DNA of 64,000 bases from Candidatus Cloacimonadales bacterium (GTDB lineage Bacteria; Cloacimonadota; Cloacimonadia; Cloacimonadales; JAFGVF01): NCBI GenBank assembly GCA_963663475.2, contig CAXXJV010000001.1:1984001-2048000 (forward strand), read 5' to 3'. Below are positions 29,896 to 40,600 of this stretch, piece after piece. How positions within the stretch are numbered: the first letter of the stretch is position 1; the number at the start of each line of letters is the position of its first letter. A program made the translations under genes and the position numbers. The notes under the pieces were generated by a model. The model saw nothing but the letters and a program-made list of their open reading frames with translations, made no database searches and was not told the DNA's origin.

Positions 29896-31046
29896 GATTT
29901 TACCTTTATTATATTTTTTACTTTTTCTGCTTTTTCTAATGCCTCTGCCACAGAAGATGCTAGGATTGTAGCATGTCCCATTTTCCTGTAAGGCTTGGTT
30001 ATCTTCTTACCATATAGATGGATTTTCACTCCTTCAATTGCTAAAGCCTCTTCTAAACCTTCATAGAGGGCAGGACCAGTATATGCTGGATAACCAACTA
30101 TATTAGTCATGACTGCTGGAAGTTTTAATTCGGTTGACCCCAAAGGAAGGTCTAAAACAGCTCTCAAATGTTGCTCAAACTGGGAAGTTATAACACTTTC
30201 TATTGTATGATGACCACTATTATGAGGACGGGGAGCTACTTCATTTACAAGTAAATCTCCTTGTTTATCAACAAAAATCTCAACAGCTAAGAGACCTTGC
30301 ATATCAAGTAAATTAATAATCTTACTTGCAATTGCTATGGCTTGGTCACTTTGTTCTTTACTAATAGTTGCTGGACAAATCAACTTATCAACAAGATTAG
30401 CTATTGGATCAAACATCATCTCTACAACAGGATAACATTTGACTTGCCCTTGTAGATTCCTAGCAACAATGACTGCAATTTCTTTTTCAATCTCAACTTT
30501 TTCTTCAATGAGGCATGACCCTGGAAGAATCTGACTATAATCATTTAAATCATTAATAACGGCAACACCTCGTCCGTCATAGCCTCCTCTTCTAAGTTTT
30601 TGAACAAATGGACTATCAATCTCTTTACTAGCAAGTGCCTGCTTAACTTCTTCTTGTGTCTTATATAGTTTGAAGGGAGCTGTAGGTATATTGTTGCTTT
30701 TATAAAATTCCTTCTGAAGGCCTTTATCTTGAATAAGTTCTAAAACTTCAGGGTCTGGTACTATCTTATGACCTTCAGATTTTAGTTTTTTTAAAGCATC
30801 GATATTAATATTTTCAATTTCAAAAGTTAATAAATCAACCTCTTTCCCAAACTGATAAACTGCTTGAAAATCTCTATAATCACCTTTAACAAATTTTGAA
30901 GCTAGTTTTCCAGCAGGACATTCTTCATCTGTATCTAAGACGTAAGTAGCTAAATCCCATTTGCTTGCCTCTTGAATTAACATTTTACCTAATTGACCAC
31001 CTGTTATCACACCTAGTTTAAAATCAGAATTTAAAAAGTTTTCCAT
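29892..31046 (-). CDS. purK: N5-CAIR synthase
   Basis: 'GGQLGKM', 'GGYDGRG', 'NEVAPRPHNSGH', 'SQFEQHLRA', 'RKMGH'. Confidence 0.97.
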   Translation of the reverse strand: MENFLNSDFKLGVITGGQLGKMLIQEASKWDLATYVLDTDEECPAGKLASKFVKGDYRDFQAVYQFGKEVDLLTFEIENINIDALKKLKSEGHKIVPDPEVLELIQDKGLQKEFYKSNNIPTAPFKLYKTQEEVKQALASKEIDSPFVQKLRRGGYDGRGVAVINDLNDYSQILPGSCLIEEKVEIEKEIAVIVARNLQGQVKCYPVVEMMFDPIANLVDKLICPATISKEQSDQAIAIASKIINLLDMQGLLAVEIFVDKQGDLLVNEVAPRPHNSGHHTIESVITSQFEQHLRAVLDLPLGSTELKLPAVMTNIVGYPAYTGPALYEGLEEALAIEGVKIHLYGKKITKPYRKMGHATILASSVAEALEKAEKVKNIIKVKS

Positions 31047-31156
31047 TTATTCATCTCTTTTGTTTTTTTTAGTAATATTATTATAACTTTACTGAATCCA
31101 TTAATGCCTCTTTTTTATGTCAAGAATTTTCTTATAGAGAATTTTTTGAAACATAA

Positions 31157-31554
31157 GGAGACTGTTTAAATTAATTATTTAATATTGAATACTTTAAATT
31201 AAAAAAGGGCTAAATTATTGTTTTCTTTCGACCGAAGTCCCTTACCTAGGGTTGAGGAGGACCAGCTTTATCAATACCCTTATCTTCCTTAATCCTTCCT
31301 TTACAGTCTTTCGATGAAACTGGGACTTTCATCGAAAGACTGTAAAGGAAGGATTAAGGATGAATAGAGGAAAATTAGAGATAATTCCTCTTGACACTGA
31401 GAGATAACAGAAGGTCTTCTTCTTTCTTTTTGATAGTGACATCCAAACTGCCAAAACTGCTATTGACATGGCGTATTAACCTAAAGAAGGGAATATTATT
31501 GACTTCTTTAAGGATAAGCTTATGGGAATAATGGCATGATGGTTGAACAGTCTC
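31157..31554. mobile_element. About 400-bp MITE with GAGACTGTT(T/C)AA TIRs carrying the long palindrome
   Basis: Left gagactgtttaa at 31158, right ttgaacagtctc ending 31554. aacataa flanks both sides (31150-31156 and 31555-31561). Both ends are homologous to 48670-49173 in inverted orientation. Confidence 0.75.
31286..31360. repeat. Perfect 34-bp palindrome with 7-nt loop (copy 2 of 3)
   Basis: TCCTTAATCCTTCCTTTACAGTCTTTCGATGAAA-ctgggac-exact reverse complement. Confidence 0.95.
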
Positions 31555-31582
31555 AACATAACTTATAAAAAACAAATAATGA

Positions 31583-31610
31583 GAAAAAGTCCTGCTAACA
31601 GGACTTTTTC
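31583..31610 (-). terminator. Intrinsic terminator of the giant FN3 gene
   Basis: gaaaaagtcctg-ctaa-caggactttttc, about 50 nt after the stop. Confidence 0.8.
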
Positions 31611-31658
31611 ATTATCTTAAATCATTTAACTTCTTAAATCATAATATCAGTTATGATA

Positions 31659-34600
31659 CTACTTCATTAAAATAGCTTTATGAACTTTTATTTTGCCATT
31701 ATTAACTAATCTGAAGAAATAAATTCCTGAGGCAACAGCTTTCCCATTATCATCTCTTCCAGTCCATGAAACTTTGTGTTTTCCTGATTGTAAATTACTA
31801 TTCACAAGTTTTTTTACAAGCTGTCCCTTAATATTATATACATATAAAGAAACATGGCTGTCAGTAGCTATCTGGTAGTTGATAGTAGTTTCAGGATTGA
31901 AAGGATTAGGATAGTTTCCTTGGATAGTTGTTGTAGAAACAACTTCGTGAGGATGGTTATCAGTAATTATATCAGATAGTTTTGCTTCTGAATATATGGT
32001 TAAGCCATTGAGTGTATTTCTATATACAGAAATGACTGCCCAATAATAATCACCATTTTCTAGTTGGGTAACATTATCTTCAATTGCACTTTCGCTTACA
32101 AGTGTATCAATTACAGTCCATGTATCTGTTTCTGATATCTGGTCAGCTGTTAATGAATAAACATTATATCCTACTAAACCATAAGTGTCTTCTGCTTGAA
32201 TCCAAGAAATCTCAGGAAGAGGATTAGTAAAGTTCACATCAACAGAGATTACTTGATGAGGTATTAACTTAAGATAATCAGGGGCAAATAATGTCTCAGC
32301 ATATTCAGAAGTCGAATAATTAGCTCTCAGTGAGAAATCATAAACACCATTATCAGCATTAATTATAGTATAACTTAGAGAATTAGTCTCAGTAATTACT
32401 TCCTGGCCATTTAGTAGGGTAAAGCTCTCTAATCCATATACATCTGAAGGATTATCCCAGCTTATAATTATATCGTTATCAATTGTTTCAATAGTTGAAT
32501 TTTCTACAGGATAAGCTATAATTAATGTGTATTCAAGATTTTCAGATGCAATTTCGTTATCATCTATATAGATAGATTTAACCATGAATGAGTAGAGGCC
32601 ATTTACCTGATCAGTAAATACATAACTTGTATCTTCAGTTGAATCAACAAAGACATTATTCTGATAAACTTCATATGATACAAAACCAAAAGTATCTTGA
32701 GGTTGATCCCAACTTAAGGTTAAATCATTGCCTATAGATGCTATGTTAAGATTAGTAACAGGGTAGGCATTATAGATCATAACATTAGATATATCAACTG
32801 TTTCATCAGCTTCAATTTCAGAATTGTAATTTGCTGTGATAGTGTAATCATATATTCCATTAGCAATAGCTTGATCAAGATATGTAGTAGTATTTGCTTC
32901 TAGGACTACTTCAAATCTAGCGAGCTGACTAGTTTCTCTGGTAAGAGTAATAGATTCCAGACCGAATGTATCGGCAGGTAATTGCCAAGATATTTCTAGA
33001 TCACTAACAATCAATTCATAGCTAGTATCTGTTACTGGATAGGTCTTGATTAATTCATAAGCAAGTATCTCACTAGCTTGTGACTGACTTGAACTATAGA
33101 TTGTTTTTACAGAGAAATTATAGTCTCCATTGGCTAAGTCAAGACTGTAAGTATTTTCACTTGTTGATGCTAAAAGCTCACTATCATTATATATCTCGAA
33201 GGATATGAAATCATAATCGCCACCAGTGTAATCCCATATTAGACTGGTATTTTCCTCTGAAGATGAAATAGCTAGGTTTGTAGGACTTACTGGAATAAGT
33301 AAACTGATAGCTTGACTATTTACACTTTCCTCATTTCCGCCTTGATAAATAGATTTAACACTATATTGATAAAGGCCATTTTCAGGATTTATATCAATAT
33401 AATTACTCTCAGAACTTGCTAAATCTGTTATAAACTCATCATTTCTATAAATAGCATAGTTAAGTAAACCATAAGTATCATTAGGCGCTAACCAAGATAG
33501 AACAATGTCCTCAGCTTCAATTGAAGTTGTTAGGTCTTGAACAGGATAGGCTAAGATATAAGTTTGATTTACAGCCTCTGTTAGAGGATTTTCTACACTA
33601 TCATTGTAGTAGGTCATAACCTGATAAGAATATTCACCATTGGCAAGATTGACATCAAGGAAATTATTAGCTTGAGTTTGGCCAACAACTATATCATTTC
33701 TTAATATCTTGTAAGCAGAGATTAATCCCAAGTCTTGCGGATAATCCCAGTTCAATTCAATACCATTATCAGTGATTGAAGTGGTTAAATTATTAACTAA
33801 TTGAGGCTGAAGAATGTTAAAGGTAACTGGTTGAGATTGCTCAGAAGAAGCAAAATCATAGTTTGCCTTAACACTTAGCTCATAGATACCATTAGCTAAA
33901 TCACTTTCATTGTAGTAAGTATTACTAGTGGTTGTTACTTCTTGGCCATTCTTAAATACACTGTAATCAACTAACCTACCCCAAGCAGAATAGTCTTCCC
34001 AAGTAAGACTTATACTGTCATCATTAGATTGATAATCAACTATAAGAGGTATGTGAGCTTTCATGACATCTGCGTAAGCAGGATTACTAAGCTCAGAAAC
34101 TAGATTGTTATATACTGCTCTAATTGTATAAGTGTGTTGAGCATTAACTAAGTTTTCATCTGTATATTGATTTTGACTTACATCACTTAAATAAGCTATT
34201 TCTTGGCCATTTCTATTGATAATGAAAGCAGTTTCTCCATTACTAGGATTATCCCAAGTTAGGCTTACATCATTCTCATTAACTATAGTAGCAGTTAAAT
34301 TGCTAGGAACATCAGCTGATGCAATATTAGCAACAACACTTAGGGATGGGGAAGATATACCTTCGGCATAGATAGCTTTTACATAGTATTGATAAGTTCC
34401 ATTAGGGAGAGAATAATCCCAGAAGAAGTTATCAGTAATACTTGTTACAAGCTCATTATTCCTATAAATCATATATCCTGTTGCTAATTCAGATGGAATA
34501 TCCCATGTAAGCTGAACATCACTATCATTTTCAACAAATACTTGTAGATTTGTTGGTGCTAGAAGTTCAGGAGCAAGATAGATATTTACAGAAACAGTGT

Positions 34601-37600
34601 TTGATTCGATAGATATTCCAGCATCATAAACAGCTTTCACATAATAATCATAATCTCCATTAGCAAGGGCATAATCTGTCCAGGTAAGAGTCTGTGGATT
34701 ATCTATAAGAGTAGCTATTGCTCCATTTCTATATATAAGGTAACCTCTAAAAGTTCTTATTTGAGCACTAGTTGCAGGTAATTCCCAAGTCAAACTTACA
34801 TTATTATCTTCTACTTGAGCAATTAAAGAACTTGCAGGATAGGTGATTTCAATTTCAAAATCTAAAGTATTTGTAGGAATTGATTCACCTCCAGAATAAG
34901 CAGCTGTCACATAGTAATTATAAGAACCATTGGCTAGAAAAGAATCAACATAAGAAAGATCATTGCTTGATGCAATAAATTGGTCATTTCTATAGATATT
35001 ATATCCTATTAGACCCCTTGCTTCACTAACAGGTGCTTGCCAATTGAGACTTATCTCATCTCTATCAAGAGAGCCAACCAAAGTATGAGCAGGATAGAAA
35101 ACTTCAACAAAAGCTTCTACATCATTACTGGCTGGAGAAAGTCCACTAGTATAATTAGCTTTTACATAGTAGTTGTAGCTACCGTTGGCCAGATTTTCAT
35201 CTGTATAAGTTAAATCATTAACTTGAGCAATTTCTTCCTCATCACGATAAATAACATAATTTAGGAAACTTCTAGGATAAGTAATAATTTCATCCCAGCT
35301 AAGAATAACATTACTAGAATCTACACTTGCAAGTAAATTCTCTACTGGATAAAGAACTTCTACTAATAGATCAACACTATTGGAAGCTTGAGATTCACCA
35401 GCATCATAGAGGGCAGTTACATAGTAGCTATAGTTTCCATTAGCCAGGGCAAGATCTCTGTAAGTTAAATCTTGAGTCTCTGCAATTACTTCATCATTAC
35501 GATATATATTATATCCTAGAAGAGCTCTTGGAGAGTTAGCTGGCATATTCCAAGCTAAATCAACATAATCATCTGTTACTTGACCTGTGAGATTTGTCAC
35601 TGGGTAAGTTATTTCTACATTGAAATCTAAGACTTGACTAGCAGCAGAGGAAGCAGAAGCATAATCAGCAATAACATAATATTCATAACTACCGTTAGCT
35701 AATCCTGAATCAATGTAGCTTAAATCAGTTAGGTTAGCATATAGGTCGCCATTGCGATATAAAGAATAAGATAAGATAGATTGTCCTACATTTTCATTAA
35801 CATCCCAAGTTAAAGTGATTTCAGTATCATTTAACTGGCCTGTGAAATTAACAAGTGGATAAAGAACTTCAACAACTACATTTGCATATTGAGCTTGAGA
35901 AATACCTGTTGAGTAAATAGCTTCAAGCTTATAGTCATAAGTATCATTTATTAGATTCTCATCATAATATGATAAAGCACTAGCATCAAAGAAAATCTCT
36001 TCTTCATCACGATAGACTTTGTAGCCTAAGAATGATCTGCTAGAAGTAGGAGCAGCATCCCAAGTTAATAAAACATTATTACCTTCAACATTATATGTGA
36101 AATTTTCAGGTGAGTAAGGAACTTCAACTAAGGCTGATTGAGCTGGGCATAATTCTGAACTACCACTCTGATAGTTAACTCTTATGCTATATTCATAGTT
36201 GCCATTAGCAAGGGCTTGGTCTAAGAACTCATTTTCAATACTGGAAGCAATATCTTGACCATTCCTAAATATTGAAAAGTCAATAATAGAACTAGCAGAC
36301 ATTATGTTTTCATTCCAAGAGAGAGAAATATCATCTTCAAAAACACTTAGCTGAAGATCTTGTGCTGGATAAAGAACTTCTACAAGTGCTTCAGCATTAT
36401 TAGAAGCTTGTGAAATTCCTGTTGTATAATTAGCTTTTACATAGTAGTTGTAGCTACCGTTGGCCAGATTTTCATCTGTATAAGTTAAATCATTAACTTG
36501 AGCAATTTCTTCCTCATCACGATAAATAACATAATTTAGGAAACTTCTAGGATAGGTAATAATTTCATCCCAACTAAGAATAACATTACTAGAATCTACA
36601 CTTGCAAGTAAATTCTCTACTGGATAAAGAACTTCTACTAATAGATCAACACTATTGGAAGCTTGAGATTCACCAGCATCATAGAGGGCAGTTACATAGT
36701 AGCTATAGTTTCCATTAGCCAGGGCAAGATCTCTGTAAGTTAAATCTTGAGTCTCTGCAATTACTTCATCATTACGATATATATTATATCCTAGAAGAGC
36801 TCTTGGAGAGTTAGCTGGCATATTCCAAGCTAAATCAACATAATCATCTGTTACTTGACCTGTGAGATTTGTCACTGGGTAAGTTATTTCTACATTGAAA
36901 TCTAAGACTTGACTAGCAGCAGAGGAAGCAGAAGCATAATCAGCAATAACATAATATTCATAACTACCGTTAGCTAATCCTGAATCAATGTAGCTTAAAT
37001 CAGTTAGGTTAGCATATAGGTCGCCATTGCGATATAAAGAATAAGATAAGATAGATTGTCCTACATTTTCATTAACATCCCAAGTTAAAGTGATTTCAGT
37101 ATCATTTAACTGGCCTGTGAAGTTAACAGGTGGATAAAGAACTTCAACAATTACATTTGCATAAAGAGCTTGAGAAATACCTGTTGAATAAATAGCTTCA
37201 AGCTTATAGTCATAAGTAGCATTTATTAGATTCTCATCATAATATGATAAAGCACTAGCATCAAAGAAAATCTCTTCTTCATCACGATAGACTTTGTAGC
37301 CTAAGAATGATCTGCTAGAAGTTGGAGCAGCATCCCAAGTTAATAAAACATTATTACCTTCAACATTATATGTGAAATTTTCAGGTGAGTAAGGAACTTC
37401 AACTTGACCAGTTATGATTTGTGAAGCTACTGAAGAACCAGACTGATAATTGGCTATAATATAGTAATCATAAGAGCCATTCGCAAGGGCTTGGTCTAAG
37501 TAAGATAGACTATTTACTCGTGTAAGCTCTTGATTATTTCTGTAAATAGTAAAATCAAGTATGGAATTAGCAGCCATTGGATTAGGGCTCCATGAGACTA

Positions 37601-40600
37601 AAACATCATCTTCATTAATATCCAAAACAAGACTATTAGCAGGATAAAGTACTTCAATTTCAGCCTCTACTGCATTACTTGCTTGAGAATCACCAGAAGA
37701 ATATTCTGCTTTAACATAATAGCTATAAGTACCATTAACTAAGTCAGAATCACTATAAGTTAATTGAGTTTGAGAACTAATAAGCTGATTATTTTTAAAG
37801 ACTTTATAAGCTAAGAAACCTCTGTACATTTCATTAGGTTCATCCCAAGTAAGATTAACATTATTGTCCTGCAAACTTAGTGTAAGATTGTTTGGTTCAT
37901 ACAATACTTCCACTTGCACAGGTAAAGGACTTGATAATTCTGATAAACCATTTATATATACTGCCTGCACTTGATAGTCATATTGACCATTTGCTAGGTT
38001 GCTATCAATAAAGACTTCTTCAGAAATAGTCGCAATTAACTCACTGTCTTTTAATACATTATATTCAAGAACATTGTTAGCAAGACTATTTATATCCCAA
38101 GTTAAAGTTACAACATTACCTTCTACAGATCCAGTTAAATTATGGACTGGATAATGAACATCTATAACTGCCTCAACTTCTTCACTAAGGTCAGATTGAC
38201 CTGTCTCATAGATAGCTTTAACAGCTAAGTCATATCTTCCATTAGGATTATCAGTGAAGAGATAGCTAGTGTCAGAACTTGTTGCAAGAAGTTCATCTGC
38301 CATATAAATATTATATTCTAGTATGCTAGATCCAGCTAGTGGATTAGCTTGCCAGCTTAAGGTATAATTGCTGTTATCTACTTCTACAGCTAAGTTTGTT
38401 ATAGGATAGTGAAGATCTATTAAAAGGTCTTCTGAAACAAGGGGAGCTGATTGTCCATTAGTATAATTTGCTCTAATTGCATAAGTATAAGTGTCATTGA
38501 TTAAAGCATTATCATTATAAGTTAAATCGCTTGTTTCTGCTAAGAAAGAAGCATTTCTATATATGCTATAAGAACTAAGACCTAATTGGTCAATTGGTGA
38601 TTCCCAAGCTAACTCTACATTGTTATCTTGATTAGTCACTGTGATATTTACTGGTGAATAAGCAACTTCCACATAAGGATTAACTATATTAGAAGGTTGA
38701 GAATCTCCATTTGTATAATTCGCTATCACATAGATTGAATAAGTTCCATTAGCTAAGTCAGTAAGAGTGAAAGACTCTTGATTAATCTCTGCTTGTTCTA
38801 AGCTTTCGTTTACATATAGAGAATATGCTGAAAAAGCTCTACTAGCTATAGCTGGTCTAGTCCAAGTTAACTCTATGCTATTGTTTATTACATTTGCTTC
38901 TAAGCCAGTGACTGGATAAGTTACACTAACTTCAGCTGAAACAGCATTACTAGCTTCTGAATCACCTGAATCAGAATTGTTACTAGTAATAATATAATAG
39001 GAATAATCACCATTAGCAAGTCCCTCATCTGTGAAAGAAACTTGATTAGTTTGGCTTAAATAAGAACCATTGCGATAGATTTTGAATATGGGGTTACCAC
39101 TATAAGGATATTCCCAGCTTAGATTGATATCGTCATCACTAACAATGGCTTGAAGATTATTAATCAAGTAAGGATACTCAATCTGGATTTCATCACTATT
39201 TACAGGCTGAGAATCTCCATTAATGTAAGAAGCGATTATACTATAGGTGTAGCTTCCATCTGCTAAATCACTGTCAGTATAGGATGTTTCATTAATAGTA
39301 TCTATAAGCAGACCATTTCTCAATACTTGGAAATTCTCAATTGTGTCTCCACTATTATAATCCTTATACCAATTTAAATTAATATTGTTTTTGTTTTCCA
39401 CTTGGCTGGTAAGTTCAGCAATTGGATAGTTTATTATTAAGCTAATATCCTGAATCTCAGAAGATTGAGAAGTTCCACTTGAATAATGTACAAGAACATA
39501 ATATTCATAACTTCCATTAACTAAATCTGAGTCAGTATAACTTAGATCTGTGGTATTGGCAATAGATATGTCATTACGAAATAGCTCATATTCAATTAAA
39601 GATCTCTCGTTTTCTGCCAGAGTAGGTCTTTCCCAGTCTAAGATAATATCATTTCCACTTATCTCATAGTTAAAAGTTGTTACAGGATAAAGGATTTCTA
39701 ACTCAAAGCTTATGGGTGAAGTTTGTTCAGATAATCCACTAGGGTATTCAGTTGCTACAGAATACTCATAATAACCATTATTTAAATTTTCATCTGTAAA
39801 AGATGTTTCACTTGTGTTGGCATACTCAGAACCATTACGATAGATTCGATAGAGAAGATTAGTCCCAGAATTTGAATCAGCTTGCCAATCGAGACTTACA
39901 CTGTTACCTTCTAAAGTATAAGCTAAATCGTAAGGTGGATAAAGAATTTCTATATCCACTTCAACCTCCACTATTTCTGATAAACCAGAATTATAGAGGG
40001 CTTGTAAACCAAATGTATAGCTAGAATTTTCTAGATTAAATACAGTATAGTTAGTAATTCCAGTGTTATATATATTACTTATAATCTGACCATTCTTGTA
40101 TACCTTATAGCCAATTAAATCACGAGAAGGTCCTCCCTGAATAGCTGGAAGATCCCAAGTAAGATTAACATTATTAGTTTGAATATCTGCTGATAAATTT
40201 CGTGGAGGATAAGGATAATCTATTACCACTATTTCTGTTTCAGAAAAGTCAGATTCAATTCCGTCATAGACTGCTGTTACCTGATATTCATAAGAACCAT
40301 TTGCTAAATTATAATCAAAGAAAGTAGGATTGCTTATATTATAAACTGAGGCAACAATCTGATTATCTCGATAGACTTTATAAAACTCTATCAAATCAGC
40401 ACCTAATCCATAAGACCATGATAATTGAACACTTACTTCATTGACGATAGAACTTACCAAGTTTATAGGTGCTTCCACATTCATAATATTAACACTTGCA
40501 GGAAGAGAAAATCCTGATGTTAAACTATAATAGACTGTTCTAATCTTATAGACATAAGACCCATTTTCTAAGTTTTCATCATTATAAAAATTGGTGCTTT

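Noticed and set aside
31047-31156. Purine or ZTP riboswitch upstream of purK
   Set aside because: The leader is short and AT-rich with no recognisable aptamer motifs.
31375-31575. ORF 31375-31575, and similarly 48784-48981, as MITE-encoded transposase remnants
   Set aside because: No DDE or HUH motifs, and the two are not similar to each other.
35150-37404. Diversity-generating retroelement template/variable repeat pair
   Set aside because: Both copies are in-frame parts of one gene, differences are not adenine-specific, and no reverse transcriptase is in the window.
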